Assembly: GCA_963809485.1 (NCBI GenBank)
Contig: CAWEJX010000008.1
Location: forward strand, 160,001-224,000
DNA length: 64,000 nt
From: an uncultured Acidobacteriota bacterium
GTDB taxonomy: Bacteria; Acidobacteriota; UBA6911
Reading direction: 5' to 3'
Positions 20,238 through 30,990 of this stretch are shown here, piece by piece. The first letter of the stretch is position 1, and each line of letters starts with the position of its first letter. The translations under genes were made by a program, and so were the position numbers. The notes under the pieces are model-generated. The model was not told where the DNA came from. It worked only from the letters and a program-made list of their open reading frames with translations, and did not search any database.

Positions 20238-21830
20238 ATGGAGGCAATTAGGACACTGCTCGAACAGCAGCAGATGTTGGCGCTGTTTCTCACGGTCGCA
20301 ATCGGGTACCTGGTCGGAGAGATCAACCTCAAAGGATTTTCGCTTGGCGTAGGGGCGGTTCTTTTCGTCGCACTGGCTGCCGGTTGGTTCGCCCCGGGGT
20401 CGGCGCCGGCCCCGATGCTTGGGACACTGGGCTTGGCGCTCTTCCTCTATGCCGTGGGTATTCAATATGGCAGGCAGTTTTTCACCGGCTTGAAAAGCGC
20501 CGGCGGCCGCAGAGCAAATCTGATGGCCCTAACCGGCGTCCTGCTGGCAGGCGCTGTTAGCATTGTGTTCGTCAAGACCATGGGCATCAATCTCGGTTAC
20601 GCTTTCGGATTATTTGCAGGATCCGGGACCAGCACGCCGACGCTCCAGGCAGCCATCACGGCGCTCGGCAATGACGATGCCGCGATAGGCTATTCGGTTT
20701 CTTATCCGTTCGGCGTGGCCGGACCCATCCTGATCCTGTACTTCACCTTTTTGGTCCTCAAACCCAGGATCGAGTTGCCCAAAGGAACCGGGCTCGAAAT
20801 GCTCGAAATCTCGGTGCATAACCCGGAAATGTGCGGCAAAACGATCGGCGAGTTGATGACGGTACTGCCCACCGGGGTGCAGATCGTTGCCGTGCGCAGA
20901 ACGCAGCGCAACGAGCCGGCTTCTCCCAATTTCATGATCGCCGAGAATGATGCCCTGCTCGCCGTCGCCCCCACTAAAGCGGTTCTCGATCAGGCCGGCG
21001 AGATTATCGGCCAGGCGGCACATGGCCGGATCATCAAGGATCGCCGGGATATCGATTATGTCCGTGTGTTTGCTTCACGCCCCGCCGTCGTGGGCAGAGC
21101 GGTTGGCGATCTCGATCTGCCGGGCGAGAAGGGCTCGGTCGTCATGCAGGTTCGCCGCGGCGATACGGACCTCCTGGCGCAACCGGACCTCGTGCTCGAG
21201 TTCGGTGACCGTATCGGGATTCTCGCCAATCGAGGAGATTTCCCGGCGTTGCGCAAATACTTCGGCGATTCGATCAAAGGCACAGCCGAGTTCAGCTACA
21301 TCTCCGTCGGTCTCGGCATGGCGCTCGGCTTTCTGCTTGGTGTGATCCAGATCCCTCTTCCCGGCATCGGGAAACTCGCGCTGGGACTGGCGGGCGTGCT
21401 GATCGTGGCGTTGGTTCTTGGCAACCTGCGCCGCACGGGCGGGCTGAATTGGACCATCCCGTTGTCGGCCAACCTTGTCCTCCGTAACCTCGGGCTCACA
21501 ATCTTTCTTGCTCAGGTCGGGATGGCTTCAGGCCCCAAGTTCGCCGCAACCGTTTCCGAAACCGGCTTTCTGATGCTGGGCTTGGGGGCGCTCGTCCTGA
21601 TCGCGCTCGTCCTCCCGATCGTGATCCTCGGATTCGGGATATACCGGATGCCGTACGACGAAGTGGCAGGCATCGTTGCGGGGGCTTGCGGCAATCCGGC
21701 GATCCTGGCCTTTTCAACCAAACTCGCACCAACGGACAAGCCCGATCTCGGCTATGCGATGATCCAACCGAGCATGACCATCGTTAAGATTCTTTTTGTG
21801 AACATCGCGGCGTCGCTCCTGCAAAGCTGA
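20238..21830 (+). CDS. AspT/YidE/YbjL family antiporter with TrkA-C domains
   Basis: Duplicated membrane domains (LGLALFLYAVGIQYG; NLGLTIFLAQVG), GSGTSTPTL and GACGNPAIL helical-hairpin motifs, and a central soluble RCK_C region. Confidence 0.88.
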   Translation: MEAIRTLLEQQQMLALFLTVAIGYLVGEINLKGFSLGVGAVLFVALAAGWFAPGSAPAPMLGTLGLALFLYAVGIQYGRQFFTGLKSAGGRRANLMALTGVLLAGAVSIVFVKTMGINLGYAFGLFAGSGTSTPTLQAAITALGNDDAAIGYSVSYPFGVAGPILILYFTFLVLKPRIELPKGTGLEMLEISVHNPEMCGKTIGELMTVLPTGVQIVAVRRTQRNEPASPNFMIAENDALLAVAPTKAVLDQAGEIIGQAAHGRIIKDRRDIDYVRVFASRPAVVGRAVGDLDLPGEKGSVVMQVRRGDTDLLAQPDLVLEFGDRIGILANRGDFPALRKYFGDSIKGTAEFSYISVGLGMALGFLLGVIQIPLPGIGKLALGLAGVLIVALVLGNLRRTGGLNWTIPLSANLVLRNLGLTIFLAQVGMASGPKFAATVSETGFLMLGLGALVLIALVLPIVILGFGIYRMPYDEVAGIVAGACGNPAILAFSTKLAPTDKPDLGYAMIQPSMTIVKILFVNIAASLLQS

Positions 21831-21867
21831 TCCCCGATGGAGACATAATCCAAAAACACCACGGGCA

Positions 21868-22085
21868 TAATTCTATTGGTAAATCCCCGGCTCTGCCGGG
21901 GGACTCATAGCGTTTGACAGTTCCGTATTTTGAAACGCTGAGATACGCTGACAAAGGCGCTGACAAACGCCGATTTGTTCGGCGAGGGTCGGCGTAAGTC
22001 AGCGGTTAAGACCGGTGAAACTCCTCCAACCGCTTTGATCGGTTCAAATCTTTCAAGCCTCCGGCTTTGCCGGAGGTGCCTGACA
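21868..22085 (+). mobile_element. IS200/IS605-end element, short copy 5
   Basis: TAATTCTATTGGTAAATCCCCGGCTCTGCCGGGGGACTC...AACCGCTTTGATCGGTT...GCCTCCGGCTTTGCCGGAGGT. Confidence 0.75.
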
Positions 22086-22184
22086 TATCTTTGAAATCCG
22101 TGGCTGTTTTGTCGCAATGGGGGGCCAGACCATGATTTGGCTCGAATTGCTTGTCGTTCCGGCGTGCACATTTCTTGCGGGTAT

Positions 22185-24527
22185 ATGGGCAAAGGAATCT
22201 CAGGTTTGATTCAGGGGAAGGCGGCTAAAACCGGGATCGGTTTGTGCTTCCTGAGCGCCTGCATTGCTGCGTCGTCAATGCAGAGGTTCGGCCGCGAATC
22301 GATTTCGTTGCCGACCGACTCTGAGCTTCTTGCCAAGCCCGGCGTGGTTCAAATCTGGGCAGAGCGCCTGCTGGCGGACAGCCAGAAGGTCCGGGCACAA
22401 GCCGCTTCGGAGTTGATACAGGGCGGCGCAAAATCCCTGCCTCTTCTTCGTCGCTTTCTGTTCGGCAGCAATGCAGCGTTGCGCCGCGAATCTTTCGAGA
22501 TCACCCGCCGCATCGGCGCGGATGCCATTCCCCTGCTTACCGGGTTGCTGGAATCGAATGAGATACCCACCAGGAGGCAGGCCATAAGCGTGTTGGTCGA
22601 TCTTGCGCCCGATACTCAAACGGTACAACCCGCGCTGATCCGCGCGCTTTATGACGCAGACCTGCCGGTGGCGCGCGATGCAGCCCGGGCATTAGGTGCG
22701 TTGGGCGTACGGGCCAGCCCGTCGCTCCCACACCTGGTGAAGTCGCTTTCTCACCAGGATCCGCAGGTACGCCTTTATGCCGCGGAGGCACTGGCGTCTA
22801 TTGGCCCCTATGCGGCCGCAGCGACACCCGATTTGGCACAGGCCCTTCGCGACCCCATTCCCGGCGTGCGCTGGGCCGCATGCGAAGCCCTGGCAGCCAT
22901 CGGGCCGCCCGCAGCCTCCTCGGTGCCGGCCTTGATAGAAGCCCTGAAGGATGAGTTTCTTTACGTACGCATTTGCGCAGCCGGCGCCCTGGGTAGCATT
23001 GGATCGAAAACGGAAAGGGTGCTTGCGGCGCTGAAACATGCTGCAAACGATCCGGCGATGCATGCAGAAGTGGAGTGGGCGCTGCATCAAATTTCGGAAA
23101 CATCGCCAGGCGCGAGTCCAGCTCCTTCCGATCAGCCTGTGGAAGGTGCCGTGCAGGAAGCAGCGGCTTTACCGGGACAGTCAAGGGGTGCTTCGGAGGC
23201 GGTTGCTGATGACCGAGGGTATCCGCCGGACATTTGGAACATAGAAAGCGGCCGGAATATCGTCTGGACTGTTCCCTTGGGAGATCAGACGTTTGGCCGG
23301 CCTGTGGTGGCCGGCGATGTGGTTTACGTGGGAACCGACAACGGGCGGAAGATGAACCGGGCCGGTCCAGAAGAGTGCGGCGTGCTTCTTGCGTTCAGGG
23401 CAAAAGACGGTGCTTTTCTCTGGCAGGATGCGGCACCGCAAGTAAAGCAGAGAGGACTGGATGGATTCCTGCTTTCCTCGACCACCAGCACTCCGCATGT
23501 TGAGGGGGATCGCTTGTATTATGTCACTGCCGAGTGCCAGCTCCGCTGTCTGGACACCCAGGGCTTCCGGGATGGCAAGAACGACGGTCCTTTTCAAAAT
23601 GAGACTATCCGGGACGAAAATGCCGCTGATATCGTCTGGGAACTGGACATGTGCGAAAAGCTGGGTGTCTTCCCCCATGAAGCTACCAACAGCGATGTGA
23701 CAGCATCGGGCAATATGCTGTTCGTCTCAACATCCAACGGTCGAAACGAAGGACACACGCGTGTGCCGTCCCCGCGAGCGCCGAGTCTGATCGCGGTCGA
23801 CAAGCGTTCCGGCGAAGTGGTTTGGAGGGCGGTCGGGGCCGGCGCAGACGTGCTGCACGGGCAGTGGTGCAGTCCTTCGGTTGCGAATGTAAACGCGCGC
23901 GTTCAGGTGCTTTTTGGAGGAGGAGATGGATGGCTTCGTGCCTACGATGCGGATTCGGGGAGTGAGCTCTGGCGGTTTGCAGGGAATCCTCCGGAGGCAT
24001 ATTGGCGACCGCGGCCCGGGGCTTTTTCACGCAGCTCGATCATCGCTGCTCCGGTTTACAGTGATGGCCGCGTTTTTATCGCCATGGGCCAGGATCCTTC
24101 GCATGGAAACGGACCTTCCCTGCTTCATGCGGTCAGTCCCAATGGGCATGGAGACGTTACGAACAGCAGAGGCCTCTGGACCTGTTCCAAGGTCGGCCGC
24201 GTGCTGGGGACGCCGATAGTAAAGGAGGGGCTGCTTTATGTGGGAGATCTGGGCGGCGTGGTGCACTGCCTGGATGCCGCGACGGGTGCTGTCGTCTGGA
24301 CACACGACACAATGGCCCCCATCTGGGGCTGCCTGATGACGGCCAAAGACCGGCTGTATGTGGGCAACACCGACGGGGTCATGACCATCCTGCGGACAGG
24401 ACGCCGGAGGAAGGAACTGGCACGGATTGAAATGGACGCACCGCTCTATTCGCGCCCGGCGCTGGTATACGGAACCCTTTATCTTGCCACCGCAAAGCAT
24501 TTGTACCGTATCGGGGAAAAGCCGTGA
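22185..24527 (+). CDS. HEAT-repeat plus PQQ-like (BamB-like) beta-propeller fusion protein
   Basis: N-terminal repeats VRxxAAxALxxIG; C-terminal W-containing propeller blades (LLAFRAKDGAFLW, LIAVDKRSGEVVW, CLDAATGAVVW). Start uncertain (22137 or 22185). Confidence 0.8.
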   Translation: MGKGISGLIQGKAAKTGIGLCFLSACIAASSMQRFGRESISLPTDSELLAKPGVVQIWAERLLADSQKVRAQAASELIQGGAKSLPLLRRFLFGSNAALRRESFEITRRIGADAIPLLTGLLESNEIPTRRQAISVLVDLAPDTQTVQPALIRALYDADLPVARDAARALGALGVRASPSLPHLVKSLSHQDPQVRLYAAEALASIGPYAAAATPDLAQALRDPIPGVRWAACEALAAIGPPAASSVPALIEALKDEFLYVRICAAGALGSIGSKTERVLAALKHAANDPAMHAEVEWALHQISETSPGASPAPSDQPVEGAVQEAAALPGQSRGASEAVADDRGYPPDIWNIESGRNIVWTVPLGDQTFGRPVVAGDVVYVGTDNGRKMNRAGPEECGVLLAFRAKDGAFLWQDAAPQVKQRGLDGFLLSSTTSTPHVEGDRLYYVTAECQLRCLDTQGFRDGKNDGPFQNETIRDENAADIVWELDMCEKLGVFPHEATNSDVTASGNMLFVSTSNGRNEGHTRVPSPRAPSLIAVDKRSGEVVWRAVGAGADVLHGQWCSPSVANVNARVQVLFGGGDGWLRAYDADSGSELWRFAGNPPEAYWRPRPGAFSRSSIIAAPVYSDGRVFIAMGQDPSHGNGPSLLHAVSPNGHGDVTNSRGLWTCSKVGRVLGTPIVKEGLLYVGDLGGVVHCLDAATGAVVWTHDTMAPIWGCLMTAKDRLYVGNTDGVMTILRTGRRRKELARIEMDAPLYSRPALVYGTLYLATAKHLYRIGEKP

Positions 24528-24544
24528 TGCGGGTGCGCCATGTT

Positions 24545-25975
24545 TTATATGCCTGGAGCGCCGCGGAGGATAACCGGTTTTTGACGGGCATATTCAAGCA
24601 GGTGGCGCGCCTGCGCAACCTTTTCAGCCAGAGGGCCTGATTCGGAATAGCCGGCGGCGAAGATGATGATCGAGCTTTCGGTTTCCTCTACCTTTAGGGA
24701 GGGGATGGTTTGTGTGCTGTCGCGGGAAAGGACACGCGCCAACCGCAGGATGCCGCACAACTCTATCGCATGCTGCCTCTGTCCTTCGGACAGACCGGAA
24801 TAGGGCTCCCCATCGGGGCCCCGAAACATTCCGCGTTGGCCCTGAACAATCATCGCGACGACGGCTAAAGACTCGGGCGGGAAACCCAGCGTGCAGGGGA
24901 GTCCGAAATGCAGGGCAGCGGATTCCGCATCGAGGTCTTCCCTGCTCATTTTGCGCCTGAATTCCTGAAGGATTGCCGCAAGGCGCAAAATATTCCGCTC
25001 GCCGGCAATTTCCGAGCGCCTTCCAGACCGCAAGCCATTCAGCATCTGCAGCGCCAGGTGCCGGATATGGCGCGCGCGGCTTAGACTGATTCCCCGATAA
25101 AAAGCCCATTTATCGATCATTTTCATGGTTGCAGAAGGCAGCTGGTTCTGCGCCGGGAGGGCGAGCCGCCAGGCTCTCCAAAGTGAATCCCTTCCCGCCA
25201 TTTTTGCCCGGTAGCGCCCGATGCGCTCTGCTTTCTCTCCGGCCAGCAGAGCCCGCCATCGTTCCTTGCTCTCCTTATCAGGAAATACGCCAAACCGGAG
25301 TGCAGTCTGCCAGAATAGGGAGAGGTCGTGCGCCTCCCCGAGACAGTCCTGTATCTCCCGGAGATCCTTGGCCCATGCATCGTGCAATAGCGGGAGGAAA
25401 TTTTCGACCGTGTATCGGAATCTCTTGATGCCGATGCGAAGCCTGTGATAGGCCGCATCGCTCCGGTTGCGCAATGCCTGCTTATGGAGTGCATGGGCCT
25501 CATTCCATGCCTGCAGGGCGCTCAGCTGGAATATCGTGCCTCCGGACGGCAGATGGCGGGCTCGGGTCTGCAGCCGGCCGATCAAACTGCGCCACCGGTC
25601 CCGTTTGAAGGTATGCAAAGCATCCATGGCGGCATGTTTTAGCTTCCTCTCCCTTTGAGCGAGATGAAACAACATTGCCATCGACACTATATCTTCCGGC
25701 ACACCGAGACGGCCTACCCACTCCTCCATGATTTGTGTATCCCTCAGTGCGCCAAGCCGCCTGAATAGCTGTCTCCCTTCCTTGAGCAGGCTCTTCCATC
25801 TTTTGTCGGGATCGGTCGCCATGATCCCCTCAGCCATGGACCTGCAGCGGCGCAGGGCGACCCGCAGATCATGAACCCGGTCCGGATCCAAATCACGGCT
25901 TGCGCCGTCGAGCTCGGCTAAAACTCGCTCCATCCAATAAGACAATCCGAATGGCGTGCTCTTTTCAGCGTTCAT
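24545..25975 (-). CDS. CHAD-domain polyphosphate-binding protein with a degenerate Ppx-like C-terminal region
   Basis: VHDLRVALRRCRS, LGALRD, HRLRIGIKRFRYTVE and QDCLGEAHD CHAD motifs; next to ppk2. Confidence 0.85.
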   Translation of the reverse strand: MNAEKSTPFGLSYWMERVLAELDGASRDLDPDRVHDLRVALRRCRSMAEGIMATDPDKRWKSLLKEGRQLFRRLGALRDTQIMEEWVGRLGVPEDIVSMAMLFHLAQRERKLKHAAMDALHTFKRDRWRSLIGRLQTRARHLPSGGTIFQLSALQAWNEAHALHKQALRNRSDAAYHRLRIGIKRFRYTVENFLPLLHDAWAKDLREIQDCLGEAHDLSLFWQTALRFGVFPDKESKERWRALLAGEKAERIGRYRAKMAGRDSLWRAWRLALPAQNQLPSATMKMIDKWAFYRGISLSRARHIRHLALQMLNGLRSGRRSEIAGERNILRLAAILQEFRRKMSREDLDAESAALHFGLPCTLGFPPESLAVVAMIVQGQRGMFRGPDGEPYSGLSEGQRQHAIELCGILRLARVLSRDSTQTIPSLKVEETESSIIIFAAGYSESGPLAEKVAQARHLLEYARQKPVILRGAPGI

Positions 25976-26029
25976 CAGCGGTTTTTTCAGCGTCTGTCAG
26001 CGTCACCTGATCCTGGTGCTGTCCGGGGA

Positions 26030-26841
26030 TCAGTATTTCGCCGGCACCATGCGTCTGCCTTTGAGCGCCACGCTGTCGTCGTATTTCCCCTTGTTGGACC
26101 GGTCCCCCAGTTTCACCTTCTGCTTGGGAACTTTCTCATAGGGGATCAGACGCAGAATATGTTCAATGCAATTCAGCCGGGCCTTTTTCTTGTCGTTGGA
26201 ATCCAGAATATACCAGGGGCACTGCTTTGTGTCGGTTGCTTCCAGCATCAGGTCCCGTGCGCGGGAATAGTCATACCATCGGCGGTACGATTCCAGTGTC
26301 CATAGGGCTGAGCTTCCATTGGCGCAGCGGATCGACTATACGCGCTTCAAACCGGCGTTGCTGTTCCTTCATGCCGACCTCAAGCCAGATCTTGATGAGG
26401 ATAATGCCGCCAGTCCACATATATTTCTCAAATACAGGGCAGTGCTTGAGGAAACCATCATGCTGCGCCTTCGTGCAAAATCCCATGACGTATTCCACGC
26501 CCGCGCGGTTGTACCAGCTGCGGTCAAAAATCACCATTTCGCCCGCGGCGGGGAAATGTTGAAGATAGCGTTGCATATACATCTGAGTTTTCTCACGGTC
26601 GGATGGGGCGGGCAAGGCGACGGACCGGAAGACCCTGGGACTCGTGCGCTCCGTGATCGCGCGAATGGTGCCGCCCTTGCCCTGCCGCATCGCGCCCTTC
26701 AAAAACGACGATCACTCTCAAACCCTTGTACTTAATCCAGTCCTGCAGTTTGCAGAGCTCGGCCTGGAGCCGGCGCAGTTCCTTCATGTATTTCTTGCCC
26801 TTCAATTTTCCCTGCTCTTCTTCCTTCTCTTTTTTAGCCAT
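26030..26841 (-). CDS. ppk2: Polyphosphate kinase 2 (frameshifted, three ORF pieces)
   Basis: The pieces give VFEGRDAAG-KGGTIRAITER, FDRSWYNRAGVE, DPLRQWKLSPMD and DKKKARLNCI. Confidence 0.9.
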
Positions 26842-27007
26842 GATTCCATTGCTCCCCTATTTGACAATCGGCCCCGTTTCAAATCCACGAAATGCAGCAC
26901 ATCGCTTTGCCAGGCGATAAACTGAATCTTAGGTCTTACAGTCAGATTGATACACTGGCATTTTTACCAGGGTATAGCGGAGATTGACGGAGCCTGTTTT
27001 TGTTTCA

Positions 27008-27788
27008 CTATTTCATGCTATTCCTCAAATCGACCAGTACCTGATCCATGTAGTCCACCCGGATAAATCCAAGGCGCGGATACTCGAGGTCGAGAACGAC
27101 GTAAATCGCTGCAGCCATGGCGAGCGAAAAACACAGCATGTGAATCCACGTGCGCCCTTTCCCCTCCGCCATGGCGTGGCCGGCCAGCAGGGAACTGGCC
27201 AACGCGAGAACAAAAAGCAAAATGAAGATGATGCGTGGCGGATGCATCTGACTCGCCATCGTTCGCGTTGTCGTGATATCGATCATCGCATTCAGAGCCG
27301 GAAGAAGCAGTTTGGCCGCATCAGGGTGGGCATCGGGCAGACGGGATGCCGCTATAGACTGCCGCCAGATCTCGCCCTGGAGTTTTGCCGATCGCGCCAA
27401 TTCCTTGTTGACTGCCGCCATGTCCGGCACGAGCCGATAGGTCTCCAAACGGGAATCCAGGTACTGGCGGAACAACTCCCGCAGCTGCCGGCTGAGAGGC
27501 GCCTGGCAGCAGGTCAACCCGCAAATATGCGGTTCCGATATCGTTGCTCTCCTCCACAATCAATTGCCGCCTGCCATCGAATCTCGACATTGCACCGGAA
27601 AATGTGAATGCGATGAGCAACCCCAACAGAGCAAGCACTGCGCCCTCCAGTGTGCTGACTCCGGTCTTGCGGACTTCCGGATTCTGAGCCAGGCGATGCA
27701 CGCCGACGCGCCGGCCTATTTCCAGAAATACCATCATCGCAACCAGCATTCCACCTGTGATCAGCAAAATAGTAAAAACGAAATTCAT
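27008..27788 (-). CDS. DUF4239 (bestrophin-like) membrane protein (frameshifted)
   Basis: LALLGLLIAFTFSGAMSRFDGRRQLIVEESNDIGTAYLR and VLDLEYPRLGFIRVD lie in two frames. Confidence 0.8.
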
Positions 27789-27901
27789 ATCAGGTTCTCC
27801 AATGAAGGAAACGGTCTCCCGGCAAAAGCGGTCTCCTCGCGGATGCTCACGAGTCTCTTTTCGCTTGTCCATTTCCAGCAAAGCTCTTCTGCACCATAGT
27901 T

Positions 27902-29206
27902 TTATTTTATCCATAATACTACTTGCTTGTATCCTGTTTTCTCGCTTGGCGGGATCACTAATGGACGGCCGATCGCCCGCATGATATATGCCGGCTCAAG
28001 ATCTAACTCGATCAGTTTCCGGAAGGCGATCATGTACTTGGAGGAGTGCCTGAAAAACTTTTTATATCCGGCGCAAAGGTAATGAAGCCCCGGCTCCGCG
28101 TGTGGAGATTGGATAAAACGGTGCTTCGGACAGCCTCCCCAGCAGGCCTGCAACACGTCACATTCCCGGCAGCAGCGCGGCAGGGTGTGCTCCTTATGCG
28201 GGCCAAAACCGCCGGTCTACTGAGGACTGAACCATGCTGCGCGAGATTCATCGTTTCGAAGATTGCCCAGGAGGTATTCCGGATAGACATAATGATCGCA
28301 GGCGTATACGTCGCCATTGTGCTCGACCGCCACCGCGCGGCCGCACTGCCGTGCGAAAACACAGATCGGAGAGCCATTGCCGACTGCGGCATTAAGCGCC
28401 CATTCAAAATTCATGACAAACACCTTGCCTACATCCTGACGCACCCATTCATCAAAAATGGCAATCAAAAAATCGCCGTATTTTTCCGGTTCTACCGTCC
28501 AGGATGTAACTTGGGTATTCGTCTCTTTGGTGTCGAGGGCTGCAGGCATGGCAAGCCGCAATCCGTATCCTGCCGCTTTCTGATCCGCAATTCGTTCGAC
28601 GACAGGTGTAAATTGGATAAAGGCAGCGCCCTGCTCCTTGAAAAAATGATAGACGTCAAGCGGCCGATAAGCCGTCTCCCTGGCCACGGAGGCAAGCACA
28701 TTGAATTCCACTCCCCACTTCTTTAACAATCTCATGCCCCGCATCACTTCATTAAAGGTGGGTTGACCTGCGCGATTGCGCCGGTACCGGTCGTGGATAT
28801 CCGCCGGCCCGTCCAAACTCAATCCGACCAGGAAGCCGTTTTGCTTAAAAAATTCACACCATTCGTCCGTTAAAAGCGTCCCATTGGTCTGAATGGAGTT
28901 TCTAATCGTTTTGGAAGCCAGGTATGGTTTCTGGCACATCACTACTCTTCGATAGAAATCGATCCCGCGCAATGTCGGTTCCCCCCCCTGCCAGACAAAC
29001 TCTACTTCCGGCGTCGGTTGGGACTGAACATAGCTTTTGATGTATGCCTTCATCACCCCATCCGGCATTCCAAGATTTTCTTTTGCGGGGTAGAGATTCT
29101 CCTTTTCCAGATAAAAACAATAATCACATTTGAGATTGCAGGTAGAACCCATGGGCTTAGCGAGCGCATGAATCCCTTGAGGAATTTCCAGTTGAGGTTT
29201 ATCCAT
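27902..29206 (-). CDS. Anaerobic sulfatase-maturating enzyme (radical SAM/SPASM, AtsB/ChuR type; frameshifted at the 3' end)
   Basis: AKPMGSTCNLKCDYCFY, WQGGEPTL, QTNG, SLDGP and DVYACDHYV; SPASM C-terminus CWGGCPKHRF...YLCAGYKKFF is in another frame. Confidence 0.9.
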
Positions 29207-29219
29207 CGTATACCCAGAA

Positions 29220-29319
29220 GGGGACAGTCACCAGTGTCCCCGTTTCCCGACCTGGAACTATGAGCAGCCGGCGCATCGGTGCCAGGTTCCTACCACAGGG
29301 ACACTGGTGACTGTCCCCC
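29220..29319. repeat. REPIN-like inverted pair of GGGGACAGTCACCAGTGTCCCC
   Basis: The 22-mer at 29220 and its reverse complement at about 29298-29319 are about 55 bp apart; single copies occur at 30956 and 57690. Confidence 0.75.
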
Positions 29320-29434
29320 TTTTCTCCTCGCAGACATTAGAATCCTCTTCTCCGAAAATCCTATCGGTGTGTCCCTCACACGCTCTTCAGTAGTGCCGAT
29401 TCGCAGCAAGCTATACGGGCGCGCGTGAAAAAGC

Positions 29435-30862
29435 TCAGAAACGATACAGCAAAGTTGCCGAGTAGAAGCCAAATCCACCGGCAACGAACGTTTTTTCAAG
29501 AAAGGCGCCTGCAATAAATCGAGTGATGGCGCCCTGGAACATCACATGTCTTGTAACCTGCCAGACGCCGACAACGCCGGGATTGGTGCCCACGTATCTT
29601 CCCTGGCCGACGGCGGCACGCAAAAGAAGTTTCAGGTCCGTAGTGTACACCCCGTCGGCCGTCGAGGTGCGCCAATAGCTGGGAGCCTCGAAACTCATAA
29701 AAGCGTTCTCCTTCAGGATGAATGTGACCGCAGGAGTAAAGTCGATGAGATTTGTCGGCCCGAAGAATCCCACTTGTCCGGAGTAGCTGTTGCCGGGAAA
29801 TAGCGGATTGAATGATTGAAGTCTCGGATCGTTGCGGTCTTGATCTCCAGATGCAATATCGGTGCGGACCGAAAGCCGCGGTTTGCCGGGAGCCCGGGCG
29901 AAGCGGTATCCGGTCTCGGTGGAGAATGCCCAAGCCCGCACAGCCGATCCCTCAAAAGATCCCCACTGCCAGATCAGATCGTAGTTCAGGTCCAGCCGGG
30001 TTCCCGTTCCGGTCCATTTCACCCCTATGGTATGACGCAGATCGCGCCCCTGACCCTGGTCGTAGACAGCATGAGCGCGATCGACATTCAAGTAATAGAA
30101 ACCCAATTCCCCCTTTTCGAATCGTGGTGACTTTCTGCTGACTGAAACGCCCCAGAATGTCTGTTCGTGATCCGGCCGGTCATCAAACGCGCCCGGATCG
30201 ACGGAAACAAGCTTCGCAAAGGTGCCGGCAATGCGCCATGCGTCGCTGCGGTAGTAGAAAAGAGCCCCATCGAAGCTTCTCTTCACGTTCAGCCCGGGGC
30301 TGGCTGAGATCAGCCGACTGCTTCCGATCGACATCTCCTGGCGCCCGGCCTTCAACCCGAAAACGCTGTTTCCCTTAAGCGGCTGTTGCCACTCCAAAAA
30401 AGCCTGGTGAAAGTCTGCAATATTCTGATCCTTCGGTCGGGGCGACCTCAACTGTCCGTTGACGATGCCGCTCTGGAATTCGGCAAACAGCCGGAAACGA
30501 GGTCCCAGATGCAGATCAGCCCCGACAAGATAGCGCTGGAGCAAATAATTGTCCTGCGTCGACAGAGTCGAGGTGTCGCCTCGAAGATGAAATCCTTCCG
30601 CCCGGTACCGGATTTCGCTGCTCAGTGTCAGATAACGGCCCTCCCGGCCCAGGGAGATGTATTTTAGCGGATCCCAGAAATCATTTCTCTTGGAGCGCTC
30701 GATGAGGAAACTCCAGTCCTCATCGGCCGCATTGGGAGCATAACTCCGGACGACCGGTTGCTGCGCGTGGAGGTTTCCGGCCAGGCAAGTGAATAAAATC
30801 AGTCGGGCAGTGAACAAGATCCGTGCGGTGACCCACGTTCCCTTTTTCGGACACCGCTCCAT
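29435..30862 (-). CDS. Alginate export (AlgE-like) family outer-membrane beta-barrel
   Basis: DEDWSFL...WDPLKYISL, AGRQEMSIGSSRL, NVKRSFDG and ASGDQD...FNPLFP motifs; terminal YRF. Confidence 0.85.
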   Translation of the reverse strand: MERCPKKGTWVTARILFTARLILFTCLAGNLHAQQPVVRSYAPNAADEDWSFLIERSKRNDFWDPLKYISLGREGRYLTLSSEIRYRAEGFHLRGDTSTLSTQDNYLLQRYLVGADLHLGPRFRLFAEFQSGIVNGQLRSPRPKDQNIADFHQAFLEWQQPLKGNSVFGLKAGRQEMSIGSSRLISASPGLNVKRSFDGALFYYRSDAWRIAGTFAKLVSVDPGAFDDRPDHEQTFWGVSVSRKSPRFEKGELGFYYLNVDRAHAVYDQGQGRDLRHTIGVKWTGTGTRLDLNYDLIWQWGSFEGSAVRAWAFSTETGYRFARAPGKPRLSVRTDIASGDQDRNDPRLQSFNPLFPGNSYSGQVGFFGPTNLIDFTPAVTFILKENAFMSFEAPSYWRTSTADGVYTTDLKLLLRAAVGQGRYVGTNPGVVGVWQVTRHVMFQGAITRFIAGAFLEKTFVAGGFGFYSATLLYRF

Positions 30863-30955
30863 CTCCACTGCGCGCTCCTGATTCTCAATTGATTGGTCCC
30901 ATAAAAGTTGGAAGCAGTTATTCATACAACTCGTGGCCTACCTAGAGACGCAGAG

Positions 30956-30977
30956 GGGGACAGTCACCAGTGTCCCC
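30956..30977. repeat. REP-like palindrome GGGGACAGTCACCAGTGTCCCC
   Basis: Identical to the 29220 copy; 7-bp stem with an 8-nt loop. Confidence 0.7.
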
Positions 30978-30990
30978 GTCTTTTAGCCGG

